A DNA stretch of 32,000 nt, taken from assembly GCA_023818895.1 (NCBI GenBank), contig JAMWCX010000002.1, positions 360,001 through 392,000 of the forward strand, given 5' to 3'. Below are positions 8,451-18,122 of the stretch, in pieces (positions within the stretch are counted from its first letter, which is position 1; each line of letters starts with the position of its first letter). The DNA comes from Candidatus Omnitrophota bacterium. Its GTDB lineage: Bacteria; Omnitrophota; Gorgyraeia; 2-01-FULL-45-10. The notes under the pieces were generated by a model. That model did no database searches. It saw only the letters and a program-made list of their open reading frames with translations, and was not told the origin of the DNA. The position numbers and the translations under genes were made by a program.

Positions 8451-10295
8451 TTACACCGGCTCCGCCACTTTGGATAAAATAAGCCTGCCGGAAGAGGATA
8501 CAAGTTTTAATATTTTCCCGCATATCTTGTTCGTTAAAAGATCCTCTAATCCTATAGGAATCGTAAGAGACCAGTTGGTCCTTGCAACCGTTCCTGGCTT
8601 ATTGATCCTGTATTTATATGGATCGCCTTTTAATATTCCCGCCATCAGAAGATAGTCAATTATCAGCTCTATGCTAAATATCGATTTGGAGCCTAGTGTT
8701 ATCTTCAACGCGGCTTCAACTATATCGCTATCTGATTTTTCCCGCATCGGCCCCTTGAGACGCATGTGCTTCCAGAGCTTCTCTTTCTCAAGATATGTGT
8801 TCTGGTACATGTTTATAAAATCCGCTATTTCGTTTTCCGGCCTGCCAAGGACATGCGCAAGCGCCTCTTTGGAAGCCACAGACTCAAGCCAGCGCAACCT
8901 GCCGTGCTTTGAGCGCTTCGGGTCAAAGAGCCTGTCTTTTACCGACTCATAGTCTATGCCCCGCTCGTTACATTTTCTTACAAATAGCGCTTCGTCCACC
9001 GTCCCAAACTCGTTCTCCCAGCAAGCGGCCCAGTTGGTCGTGTCATGCGTCGACAGCATGGCTACTGAAAGTTCGCGATATTCGGATGGCGGCAAAAAAT
9101 CGTGCTTCTTGTCCCAGTCTTTCACCCACCTTTGCACATCGTTTCCTGGAATGCCGAATTCTTTAAGCGTCAAAGGGCACATTTTCGGTATGATACCTAG
9201 GTCTTCGGCGCAAAGGAGCATCTTTGTATTGGCAAGTATCATCGACAGCAGGCGTCTTCCATGCTCGCCCCACAGGTTTTCATCGGCCGGGTCAAAAACA
9301 CCGTGCAGACCTTCGTTTTCAGGAGGCTCATCAGCGGGTATGCTCCATATACGGAAGAATCCCACAGCGTGATCTATCCTAAGGATGTCATAAAAATTCT
9401 CCGCGTAGCGCAATTTCTCCTTGGGATATCTGTAATTATCGGCCGCTATAGCGTCCCAGTTATATGTCGGCATACCCCACCGCTGGCCCTTGGCGCAGTA
9501 CATGTCCGGCGGTGCACCGGCAACAAAATCGAGCTTAAAGAACTCGGGATGCGACCAGACATCAGAGCTATCGCGCGATATAAGTATCGGGAGGTCCCCT
9601 TTCATGAGAACGCCTTTTGAGGCGGCATACTTTTTGGCGTCATCAAACTGTTTGAATGCGACATACTGTAACCATTTCTGAAACTCAATCTCCCTCTGGT
9701 AAGAGACGCTGAAAGACTTAAGAGAGTCTCTATCGCGATTCTTGTAACAGTCATCCCATTCGTACCATGGTTTTCCACCGTGGTGATTCTTCAGGACCTT
9801 AAACAAAGCAAAATCCTCGAGCCAGTATTTGTTGGCGTCGACAAAATCCCTCACCGCGGCTTTCTCAGAGTTTCCATACTTCTTAAATATTTCCCAGAGA
9901 AGCTCTCTTTTTGCGTCTTTTATGGCATAATCCACGTAGAGCGAACCAGCTGGAAAAGATCTTTTTATCTTGTCGATCTCGGATTTTATCTTCTTATCCT
10001 CAAAAAAAGGCAAAGGGGATAGCGAAATATAGGTGGGTTCTATCGCAAATGAGCTTACGGCATCGTAGGGACAAAAGGTCGACCCTATCTCATTCATTGG
10101 AAGAAGCTGCAATATAGAAAAACCGCACTTCTGGCAGAAATCGATAAGAAGCTTCAGGTCAGTTAAATCTCCTATGCCAACGCTCCCTTTGGAATATACG
10201 GAAAAAAGCGGCACAAGGATACCGGCCCTTCTGGAAGTCCCTATGGCCCTCCATTTGTCTCCGGACGGGCTGCTCAATAGGCTTGCTTTAGTCAT
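8451..10295 (-). CDS. malQ: 4-alpha-glucanotransferase (amylomaltase, GH77) with an N-terminal extension
   Basis: 614 aa. GH77 catalytic motifs LRIDHAVGFFRIW, CAEDLGIIP and LSTHDTTN. Shine-Dalgarno AGGAGA lies upstream. Confidence 0.9.
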   Translation of the reverse strand: MTKASLLSSPSGDKWRAIGTSRRAGILVPLFSVYSKGSVGIGDLTDLKLLIDFCQKCGFSILQLLPMNEIGSTFCPYDAVSSFAIEPTYISLSPLPFFEDKKIKSEIDKIKRSFPAGSLYVDYAIKDAKRELLWEIFKKYGNSEKAAVRDFVDANKYWLEDFALFKVLKNHHGGKPWYEWDDCYKNRDRDSLKSFSVSYQREIEFQKWLQYVAFKQFDDAKKYAASKGVLMKGDLPILISRDSSDVWSHPEFFKLDFVAGAPPDMYCAKGQRWGMPTYNWDAIAADNYRYPKEKLRYAENFYDILRIDHAVGFFRIWSIPADEPPENEGLHGVFDPADENLWGEHGRRLLSMILANTKMLLCAEDLGIIPKMCPLTLKEFGIPGNDVQRWVKDWDKKHDFLPPSEYRELSVAMLSTHDTTNWAACWENEFGTVDEALFVRKCNERGIDYESVKDRLFDPKRSKHGRLRWLESVASKEALAHVLGRPENEIADFINMYQNTYLEKEKLWKHMRLKGPMREKSDSDIVEAALKITLGSKSIFSIELIIDYLLMAGILKGDPYKYRINKPGTVARTNWSLTIPIGLEDLLTNKICGKILKLVSSSGRLILSKVAEPV

Positions 10296-10467
10296 TTATT
10301 TCTCCTGTAGGTAATATTATATATTATATAATTAGCTCAAATAGGTCAACCAATATTTAGGCCGTTTTGTGCCTTCCCGCCGCTCTGCCATCGCTACCCA
10401 GTTAGGGAGCTTAACCTAATCTTGCCTCTAAAAAAGATATGGTTTGGTTCTATTCATCTTGAGGAAA

Positions 10468-10497
10468 TTGACAAATTTCTCGCCCTCATGCTATTAT
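10468..10497 (+). promoter_or_regulatory. Candidate sigma-70 promoter for comF
   Basis: TTGACA (10468..10473), an 18-nt spacer, then TATTAT (10492..10497). It ends only about 7 nt before the GTG at 10505, which implies a leaderless or very short-leader mRNA. Confidence 0.4.
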
Positions 10498-10504
10498 AAT
10501 TCCT

Positions 10505-11233
10505 GTGAATGCCATTAATGTGATAGCTAGAAGTCTCGTGAATCTCGTATACCCCTTGCGTTGTGGTTCGTGTGCAAGACCGCTGGAGGCGACCAATGAG
10601 ACCGGAGTATGCACAACTTGCGCCTCGTTCATAAATACGAACCCCAAACCGAACTGCCCTTCCTGCGGCCGGCCTGTAGACAACATATATCGCCTATGCG
10701 GCGAATGCCGCAAATCACCTCCTTATTTCGACTGCGCTTATTCAGCATGTCTCTATGAGGGCGCCTTAAAGGAACTTATACACTCTTTTAAGTACAAAAA
10801 CTATCGAATGCTCGGAACTTTTTTGGCATCCCTTATTTTGGACTTTATAAAAAATAATCGCAACATTATAGAATGCATTGATATGATCACATTCGTTCCG
10901 CTTCATTCAAAAAAACTTCATGAGCGTTCGTTCAATCAATCCGAAATTCTTGCCCTAAAGATCGCCCGAGCCTGTAACCTGCCCGCCCACAGCTGCCTGG
11001 AGAAGACGTCCCATACAAAAAATCAGAACGACCTCACCAGGCAGGAGCGGCTTAAAAACCTAACCGATGCCTTCAGGATAAAGGCATCCTCAGCACACCT
11101 TGTCAGGGGCCGACGCATACTTCTAATCGACGATGTCATGACAACCGGCGCAACCTTAAACGAATGCAGCCGCGTGCTCAAAAACGGCGGTGCTCTGGAA
11201 GTGCGCTGCCTTACGCTAGCGCGGGGAATATAG
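10505..11233 (+). CDS. comF: ComF family protein (phosphoribosyltransferase-like, ComFC type)
   Basis: 242 aa with a GTG start. N-terminal Cys pairs CGSC...CTTC and CPSCGRP...CGEC. PRTase motif ILLIDDVMTTGATLNE. Confidence 0.8.
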   Translation: MNAINVIARSLVNLVYPLRCGSCARPLEATNETGVCTTCASFINTNPKPNCPSCGRPVDNIYRLCGECRKSPPYFDCAYSACLYEGALKELIHSFKYKNYRMLGTFLASLILDFIKNNRNIIECIDMITFVPLHSKKLHERSFNQSEILALKIARACNLPAHSCLEKTSHTKNQNDLTRQERLKNLTDAFRIKASSAHLVRGRRILLIDDVMTTGATLNECSRVLKNGGALEVRCLTLARGI

Positions 11234-11238
11234 GATAT

Positions 11239-12330
11239 ATGCAAATAATTGACAGGTACATAATACGCGGATTTGTCGGGCCACTAATATGGTGCATCCT
11301 TATCTTCATTATCATGGCTATTATAATTGACATATTTTCCTTTATAGATGATATAGTAAAGTACAAGATACCGCTTGCCTCCATCATCGCGTTCTACGTC
11401 TACTACGCTCCAACTATATTCTTGCAGGTCACACCAATGGCAGTCCTGCTATCAACGGTATTCCTCTTAAGCAATCTCAACAAGCACAATGAGCTTATCG
11501 CTATGAAATCAAGCGGTATAAGTCTTTGGCGGATAATGGCGCCCCTTCTTGTAGTGGGTTTCATAGTAAGCATGGCGGTCTTCGCGGTCAATAATACTAT
11601 AATACCGGTAAGCGCACGGGTCGCTAACTATATACGACGCGAGGAAATCGAAAGCCAGAAGCGCATGGAATCGCCCAGTAAACTGCTTCGCAATGTTGCT
11701 CTATATGGTGCCGGCAATAGGATAATATTCGCCAGGACATACGATGACAATAGTAAGACACTCAATGATATAATAATCCACGAACACGACTCGAAAGAGA
11801 ACCTTTTATCGAAGATAACGGCCCAGAGCGGGACGTGGACAAAAGGTGGCTGGAAATTTCAGAAGGTGATATTTTATAACATCGATAACGCGGGAAGAAT
11901 CCTTGCCGAGCCTCAATTCTTTGAGGAGAAAGTCATCCCTATCGAGGAACGGCCCAGTGACTTTGCCAATATGGAGCGTTCCGCTGATTACATGAGTTAC
12001 CAGGATCTCAAACGATATATTGTTAACTTTCAGGGAGCCGGCGCCAAGCTTGTAAGGGGCCTTCTGGTAGAGCTGCACTATAAGATCGCTTACCCTCTTA
12101 TAAGTTTTATAATAATACTTATAGGCGCACCTTTCGCCATGATCACTAACCGCGGCGGTGTCCTGATAGGAATAGGTTTGAGTATCGCTTTAGGGCTTTT
12201 GTACTACGCCTTCATAGCGATAGCTCTCGCTTTCGGAAAGGCTGGGATACTGCCGCCGGCAATAGCGGCCTGGAGCGGCAACGTCGTATTTGCCGCATGG
12301 GGAATATATCTAATAAATAAACGTGCATAG
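11239..12330 (+). CDS. LptF/LptG family LPS export permease (YjgP/YjgQ)
   Basis: I chose the start at MQIIDRYIIRGFVGPL (ATG at 11239), a typical LptF/G N-terminus. There are three TM helices, a periplasmic beta-jellyroll region, then three more TM helices. The track's 11164 start would overlap comF. Confidence 0.85.
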   Translation: MQIIDRYIIRGFVGPLIWCILIFIIMAIIIDIFSFIDDIVKYKIPLASIIAFYVYYAPTIFLQVTPMAVLLSTVFLLSNLNKHNELIAMKSSGISLWRIMAPLLVVGFIVSMAVFAVNNTIIPVSARVANYIRREEIESQKRMESPSKLLRNVALYGAGNRIIFARTYDDNSKTLNDIIIHEHDSKENLLSKITAQSGTWTKGGWKFQKVIFYNIDNAGRILAEPQFFEEKVIPIEERPSDFANMERSADYMSYQDLKRYIVNFQGAGAKLVRGLLVELHYKIAYPLISFIIILIGAPFAMITNRGGVLIGIGLSIALGLLYYAFIAIALAFGKAGILPPAIAAWSGNVVFAAWGIYLINKRA

Positions 12331-12339
12331 ATGTCGATG

Positions 12340-12380
12340 TTTTTGAAAAAATGAGGGCGGCTCTATATTGAACCACCCTC
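12340..12380 (-). terminator. Rho-independent terminator closing the ptsN-to-aldolase operon
   Basis: In minus sense the sequence is GAGGGTGG-12 nt-CCGCCCTC followed by ATTTTTTCAAAAA. That gives 8 bp including one G.U pair. On the plus strand the same position is a C.A mismatch and no T-run follows. Confidence 0.6.
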
Positions 12381-12420
12381 TTAACTAATAACTAACATTA
12401 CCGACTAACAACGACTGCCT

Positions 12421-13743
12421 CTAATCCGCCCCTTCTCCGCTCATATCAACTTCACCATGCTCCTTGTGCCTCCGGTGTATGACTCGCTTCAAGGTAGTAT
12501 ATTTCAGGACAAGTTCTCTGGTGTTCTTGACATTAAGCTTATCAAAGAGGAATTCGAACTTAGCCTCTATATCCTTGGTGATAGCGTCCCTTATAGGCTG
12601 CGGCAGGGCCATGATCTCCTTTTTAAAAGGTCCTAACGCTTTCTTACGGCTTGAATAGAAGAACTGCTCTTCTGTCTGGTCGGGTTTGCGCTCGCCGGCA
12701 GCGTTGGTCCTTAGCCATTCGTATATCCTGCTCTTGAGTTCCCTGGGAAAATGCGGGCTGTCATATACCATGTTCTGGAACTCTGTGGCAAGGTGCACCT
12801 CCGCGGTTCCAACTTCAGGGAACTTCCCGAAAGCATCTGCTGGTAAAGTAGACGCTCCGTGCTGCACAGCGCCAGCCATTCCATACTTCTCGCGCGCTTC
12901 CTTTGAAAGCGCTCTCAATGTCTCAAAATCAAGCTTGACCTTTGCTATGGAGCCATCTGGCAGCACCACACCGCCATGGGAGGTGCCGGTCTGGACAGAT
13001 ATCTTGCTTATGCCAACTCTGCCCTTGCGAAGCTTCTCGTTATAGCCGCTCATGAAGGCTTCTAGGTCCTCGACTGTGGAATTCTTGGAGCCAACCTCGC
13101 CTATCTCACCGCCAACAGAGACCTCTATGCCGCGAGGCTGGTTCTGCCTTATAAAGTTAGTCAGCTTAGCACAGCATTCATAATTATTCTTCTGCTGTTT
13201 TTTAACGTCGCTCTTTGACAGATCAACAACCGTCGAGGAGTCGATATCGATGTTGTAAAAATGGGCTGCCATAGCCTGTAAGATGAGTTGCTTAATACTG
13301 TCTAGCTCCTTTTCGGGATCCTGTTCAAAATTCTTATGGTTAATCTGGAAATGGTCGCCCTGTATAAACACAGGGCCGCTCCATCCTTCCTTTATGGCGG
13401 CGGCGAGTATCACCGCTGTATACTCTGCCGGCGGTTGGTTCGTATACCCCATCTCTGACTTAGCTATTTCGAATATGAATGCACCGGCATTTATCTTCTT
13501 AGCCACCCTGAATATGGCACGGGCAAGATCATATGTCATCACCCTTAAGTTTATCGCCGGAACCGTAAAATTGGTAGGTGTCAGCCCCTTACCACGAGCA
13601 AGATAAAATCCGTTTATGCTGGCTGGGTAGATACCCCTTTTGTAAGCCATATCCACAATCTTCTTAGACAATTTCTTCTTTTGATCCAAATCGTCATTCA
13701 TTATTAGGCCAAGAATCAACTTGTCAATATTCACCCTTCCCAT
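12421..13743 (-). CDS. Class-II fructose/tagatose-bisphosphate aldolase family protein (long form)
   Basis: 440 aa. Motifs FIQGDHFQ, SVQTGTSHGG and AVQHGASTLP match metal-dependent class-II aldolases. Shine-Dalgarno AAGGAGAA lies upstream. Confidence 0.75.
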   Translation of the reverse strand: MGRVNIDKLILGLIMNDDLDQKKKLSKKIVDMAYKRGIYPASINGFYLARGKGLTPTNFTVPAINLRVMTYDLARAIFRVAKKINAGAFIFEIAKSEMGYTNQPPAEYTAVILAAAIKEGWSGPVFIQGDHFQINHKNFEQDPEKELDSIKQLILQAMAAHFYNIDIDSSTVVDLSKSDVKKQQKNNYECCAKLTNFIRQNQPRGIEVSVGGEIGEVGSKNSTVEDLEAFMSGYNEKLRKGRVGISKISVQTGTSHGGVVLPDGSIAKVKLDFETLRALSKEAREKYGMAGAVQHGASTLPADAFGKFPEVGTAEVHLATEFQNMVYDSPHFPRELKSRIYEWLRTNAAGERKPDQTEEQFFYSSRKKALGPFKKEIMALPQPIRDAITKDIEAKFEFLFDKLNVKNTRELVLKYTTLKRVIHRRHKEHGEVDMSGEGAD

Positions 13744-13767
13744 CTTGAGGATTCTCCTTTCAAATAG

Positions 13768-15024
13768 CTATGTTCCAGACTCCCAGCTTTCAAGATATTT
13801 TATCTGTTCTTTAGTCAAGACATCTATCTTTATACCGAGAGATTCGAGTTTCAGCTTAGCGATATTTTTGTCTATCTGATCTGGTACCTTGTAAACCTTT
13901 TTGGCCAGTTTGGCGTGATTTTTGGCCACATATTCAGCGCAGAGAGCCTGGTTGGCGAAACTCATATCCATGACACTCGCTGGGTGACCTTCGGCTGCCG
14001 CGAGGTTGATTAGCCTTCCTTCACCAAGAAGGTTTATGCGGCGACCATCCCTCAGAGTATACTCTTCGACAAATTCCCTTGTCCTGCGCTTTTTCTTCGC
14101 CATCTTCTCAAGCGCTGGAATATCAAGCTCAACATTAAAATGGCCAGAATTACATATGATGGCGCCATCCTTCATAAGCTCGAAATGCTCCTTGCGCAGG
14201 ACATTGATGTCGCCTGTCACCGTCACAAAGACATCTCCTTTTTTGGAAGCTTCTCTAAGCGGCATAACATTATAACCGTCCATCACGGCTTCGAGAGCTT
14301 TTGTTGGGTCAACCTCTATTACGATGACGTTGGCGCCCATACCCCTTGCCCTCATGGCCACGCCTCTGCCGCACCAGCCGTAACCGCATACTACAAAGTT
14401 TGTGCCGGAAAGAAGGATGTTGGTCGCCCGCACAATACCATCGACCGTAGACTGACCAGTGCCATAACGATTATCGAAGAGATGTTTAGTGTCGGCGTCA
14501 TTCACCGCGATTATAGGATACATAAGAAGCCCCTGCTTCTCGAGACTGCGCAGCCGAATTACACCTGTCGTGGTCTCCTCGGTGCCGCCCAGAATACCCT
14601 TCACCAGATCCCGCCTATCTTTGTGGATTAACGACACGACGTCGGCACCGTCGTCCATGGTGATATTCGGGCCACTGGAGATGGCGTCAACGATGTGCCG
14701 ATAATAGGTCCTGTTGTCCTCGCCTTTGATCGCGAAAGTAGGTATGCCATAGTGTTTCACAAGAGCTGCTGCAACATCATCCTGTGTACTCAAAGGGTTA
14801 GATGCGCAAATGGAAACCTGTGCACCGCCTGCTTTAAGCGTTAGTGCAAGATTGGCTGTTTCAGTCGTGACATGCAAGCAGCATGCTACTTTAAGCCCTT
14901 TAAGAGGTTTTTCCTTATCGAAACGTTTTCTTATGAGTGAAAGCACATTCATGTACTCACTGGCCCACTCAATGCGCAGTTTACCCTTATCAGCTAGTTT
15001 TAAACTTTTAACGTTATATTTCAT
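13768..15024 (-). CDS. ahcY: Adenosylhomocysteinase
   Basis: Motifs [25 protein letters not shown], the NAD-binding [13 protein letters not shown], and [11 protein letters not shown] prefer the start at MKYNVKSL (15024). The track start at 15045 is also possible. Confidence 0.9.
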   Translation of the reverse strand: MKYNVKSLKLADKGKLRIEWASEYMNVLSLIRKRFDKEKPLKGLKVACCLHVTTETANLALTLKAGGAQVSICASNPLSTQDDVAAALVKHYGIPTFAIKGEDNRTYYRHIVDAISSGPNITMDDGADVVSLIHKDRRDLVKGILGGTEETTTGVIRLRSLEKQGLLMYPIIAVNDADTKHLFDNRYGTGQSTVDGIVRATNILLSGTNFVVCGYGWCGRGVAMRARGMGANVIVIEVDPTKALEAVMDGYNVMPLREASKKGDVFVTVTGDINVLRKEHFELMKDGAIICNSGHFNVELDIPALEKMAKKKRRTREFVEEYTLRDGRRINLLGEGRLINLAAAEGHPASVMDMSFANQALCAEYVAKNHAKLAKKVYKVPDQIDKNIAKLKLESLGIKIDVLTKEQIKYLESWESGT

Positions 15025-15082
15025 CTCACCTTCCCTTGTTAGCACAGAATGGCAATTCTAACTTACTGAGCATCGATCATCG

Positions 15083-16255
15083 CTATTTTATAAACCTCTT
15101 CAGATCCTTCGCCCTGTCGGTTCTCTCCCACGTGAAGCCATCCTCATCCCTGCCGAAGTGGCCATAGGCAGCGGTTCTGCGGTAACGCATCCCATCGGAG
15201 TCGCGGAGATTCAGCTCGGCAATGATACCGTGCGGAGTAACTTCAAAATGGTCAGTTATTAGCTTAACGATCTTTTCATCGCTTATTCGACCCGTCCCAT
15301 ATGTATCGACCATTATGGAGAGAGGCTCGGCCTTTCCTATTACATACGCCATTTGGATCATAATCTTGTCGGCTATACCAGCGGCTACTAGGTTTTTGGC
15401 AATATACCTTCCCATGTATGCAGCCGAACGGTCAACCTTGGTTGGATCCTTGCCAGAAAACGCGCCGCCGCCGTGCGAGACAGTTCCACCGTAAGTATCG
15501 ACGATTATCTTCCTGCCAGTCATGCCGGTATCGGACTGAGGACCACCTATCACGAATTTGCCGGTCTGGTTGACGTAGAACTTCGTATCCTTGTCTATCC
15601 ATTCTTTAAGGACGGGTCTTGCAACCTTATCTACTATTTCTCGCTTGGCATCTTCTTTCATGGTATCTGTCTTCTTGTCAACAACCTCTTCGGTATGTTG
15701 AGAGGCGAGCACAACTGAGGTTACCCTCACCGGTTTTTTGTCGTGATATTCGACCGTAACCTGCGACTTTCCATCAGGACCTAAGTATTTAAGTATGTTC
15801 TTCTTCCTGACTTCCGCAAGTCTGCGGGCAAGCTTATGCGCAAGCATTATTGGAAGCGGCATCATCTCGGGGGTCTCATTACAAGCAAATCCCATCATCA
15901 TCCCCTGGTCGCCAGCCCCACCCCTATCTACTCCCATCGCTATATCAGGAGACTGCTTATTAATTGCGTTTAATATAGCACAGGTATGGTAATCGAACCC
16001 GTATTTCGGATGGGTATAACCTATATCCTTTAGGACATTTCGGCAAAGGCTATGAATATCAACATAACCGCTTGTGGTAATTTCTCCTCCGACTATTATA
16101 AGCCCCATTGTGACATAGGTCTCGCACGCAACGCGGCCAGCCTCATCTTGAGTTAATACGGCATCGAGCACCGCATCGGAAACCTGATCGCATACCTTAT
16201 CTGGATGTCCTTCGGTAACACTTTCCGATGTGAATAAGTACTTATGCTTGGTCAT
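15083..16255 (-). CDS. metK: S-adenosylmethionine synthetase
   Basis: 390 aa. Motifs [32 protein letters not shown] and [16 protein letters not shown]. Its ATG overlaps the upstream stop as ATGA. Confidence 0.95.
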   Translation of the reverse strand: MTKHKYLFTSESVTEGHPDKVCDQVSDAVLDAVLTQDEAGRVACETYVTMGLIIVGGEITTSGYVDIHSLCRNVLKDIGYTHPKYGFDYHTCAILNAINKQSPDIAMGVDRGGAGDQGMMMGFACNETPEMMPLPIMLAHKLARRLAEVRKKNILKYLGPDGKSQVTVEYHDKKPVRVTSVVLASQHTEEVVDKKTDTMKEDAKREIVDKVARPVLKEWIDKDTKFYVNQTGKFVIGGPQSDTGMTGRKIIVDTYGGTVSHGGGAFSGKDPTKVDRSAAYMGRYIAKNLVAAGIADKIMIQMAYVIGKAEPLSIMVDTYGTGRISDEKIVKLITDHFEVTPHGIIAELNLRDSDGMRYRRTAAYGHFGRDEDGFTWERTDRAKDLKRFIK

Positions 16256-17004
16256 TTTCGCTTCTCCTTTTCTGTATATTCGGCATCCGCCTTTTTGTAG
16301 GACTCGATACTACCTATATCATACCAATCCTCAAGAAAACTGAAGCCGTAGACTTTGTCTTTCTTAGACAACCACCCTATGCAGTATCCGGGAGCATCTA
16401 ATTTATCCTGCATTTTAACATATTCTTTTATAAATGGAAGTTTATTTTTGGGGAAATAGTATATACCAGTCGACACCAGTGTCGATTTCGGCTCTGGCGG
16501 CTTCTCGTCAAAATCCGTTACCCTGCAGTATTCATCAATCGCGACAACTCCATAATTCCGCGCAAGAACCTTGTCGCCTATATCGTAGAGCGCAATTGAT
16601 ACTCCATCCGGCCTGGCGCGACTGAACTCAAGAAACTCATTCAGGTCGAACTCGAAAAGGTTGTCTCCCGCCACAACCAGCACATCGTCATTAATGGAGG
16701 CTGACTCTATCACGAGATTGAGGTCCCTAATAGCGCCGAGCCTGTTTTCATTGGTGGTCGTCTGATCATTTATGACCTGTATGGGGTTTTTGGCGCGACA
16801 TGTCTTAGCCCACTTTTCAAAATCACTTGCAAACCGCGCGTTAGTCACCAAATAAACTTCGTCTTCGCCGCCTAATGAAACAATCTTGTCCATGATTCTG
16901 TCAAGCATAGGCCTGCCGGCTATTCTAAGAAGGGGTTTGGGTGTATCTATAGTGAGAGGTTTTAGTCTTACGGCATATCCTGCGGCAAGTATGATTATCT
17001 TCAC
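16252..17004 (-). CDS. Sugar-phosphate nucleotidyltransferase (NTP_transferase family)
   Basis: The motif [25 protein letters not shown] is a variant of the G-x-G-x-R-L...K nucleotidyltransferase signature. I prefer the GTG start at 17004, which forms a GTGA overlap with the upstream stop and has AGAAGG 6 nt upstream. The track start is 17037. Confidence 0.8.
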   Translation of the reverse strand: MKIIILAAGYAVRLKPLTIDTPKPLLRIAGRPMLDRIMDKIVSLGGEDEVYLVTNARFASDFEKWAKTCRAKNPIQVINDQTTTNENRLGAIRDLNLVIESASINDDVLVVAGDNLFEFDLNEFLEFSRARPDGVSIALYDIGDKVLARNYGVVAIDEYCRVTDFDEKPPEPKSTLVSTGIYYFPKNKLPFIKEYVKMQDKLDAPGYCIGWLSKKDKVYGFSFLEDWYDIGSIESYKKADAEYTEKEKRK

Positions 17005-18122
17005 CTCATACCTTCTTTCCCACATCTGCGCTGGCAACGATAAGATGCGGAAGCAGTTATTTTTTTAAGATATGCGATCTTTTCGACCGGTGTCGGGTCG
17101 CATCTGTTTAATATTGCCAGATAATAACTTACAAAATCTCCGATATATGCCAGTGAGAAGATCCTCGCTAAGACCCCCCTGCCAGAGGACCAGACATCGG
17201 TTACGCTCACCCCGTCTCTGTTTAGTATTGACTTTGTCAAATCTATCTGCCTTGACAGCCGCATAGGCTCACCGGTGTCTCTCAATATTATAACCGCGAA
17301 AACTTTGGATAAAAATGATGGGTTTTGCCAGCCAGCTATCTCGTTATGGCACATCTCCGGAAATACATGAGTTGAGGCAAGCGTCTTGGCATTCTCCGCA
17401 AACTGCCCTCGCCATCTTATTACTACCGCATCCAAATGAACCTGGCTGCCATATATTACTGGAAATTTCCCATGAATCCGCCCCGCGATAGTTTTGGCGA
17501 CATTCGAGACGCCTTTCACAGTCGGTCCCAAAATCTTATCGCGAAGACGCCTCATAACCTCTATAGCTTCAGCGGTTTCGGCAGGATTTTCTTTTATTAT
17601 TCCAAGCTTCGACAGGATCCCCAGAAGAGTAAATAAAGAATACCCCACCGCGCATCTTGGCTGCATCCCTCCAGGAATAACGATAACTGGAAATCCATCG
17701 GACTCGGCCATCTTCTTTAGAACACCGCCCGATGTTATAGCAACCACCCTAGCGCCCTTGCGCTTAGCGTCTTTATAGGCGCTCAGGGTCTCTTCTGTAT
17801 TACCGGAATAACTCGAAGCAACCACAAGGGTTTTTTCGGATACGAATGCAGGCAGTGTATAATCCCTGTTAACAAAAAGTGGTATGCGCGCCTTGGCCGC
17901 TATATATGACCTTGCGATATCCGCCCCTACGGCTGAGCCTCCGAGACCGGTACATACTATATTATTGTAAGAACTCTTTAAAAAAGATCGCTCTATTCCA
18001 GCTTTAAGCCCTATGTGTATGGCATCGTGGCATTGTTCCGGAAAGGAAGCGATGACATTTATCATGCCGCTATGGTCGTATCTTTTTATCACGGCAGGAT
18101 TGTCTAGCGATACTCGCCTCAT
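17001..18122 (-). CDS. Bifunctional phosphoglucose/phosphomannose isomerase-like SIS-domain protein
   Basis: 373 aa. SIS motifs CTGLGGSAVGADI and ASSYSGNTEETL. The C-terminal DPTPVEKIAYLK is typical of PGI/PMI. The start overlaps the ptsI stop as ATGA. Confidence 0.75.
   Translation of the reverse strand: MRRVSLDNPAVIKRYDHSGMINVIASFPEQCHDAIHIGLKAGIERSFLKSSYNNIVCTGLGGSAVGADIARSYIAAKARIPLFVNRDYTLPAFVSEKTLVVASSYSGNTEETLSAYKDAKRKGARVVAITSGGVLKKMAESDGFPVIVIPGGMQPRCAVGYSLFTLLGILSKLGIIKENPAETAEAIEVMRRLRDKILGPTVKGVSNVAKTIAGRIHGKFPVIYGSQVHLDAVVIRWRGQFAENAKTLASTHVFPEMCHNEIAGWQNPSFLSKVFAVIILRDTGEPMRLSRQIDLTKSILNRDGVSVTDVWSSGRGVLARIFSLAYIGDFVSYYLAILNRCDPTPVEKIAYLKKITASASYRCQRRCGKEGMR

Noticed and set aside
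11164-11238. The 5' extension of the LptF/G ORF (start at 11164).
   Set aside because: It overlaps the comF 3' end in another frame. The canonical family N-terminus MQIIDRYI starts at 11239.
12331-12354. A 7-codon ORF (MSMFLKK) immediately after the lptF/G stop.
   Set aside because: It is too short, has no Shine-Dalgarno sequence, and overlaps the U-run of the minus-strand terminator.
15046-16260. SAM or SAH riboswitches upstream of metK and ahcY.
   Set aside because: The metK start overlaps the upstream gene, and only 37 nt separate metK from ahcY. There is no room for a riboswitch aptamer.
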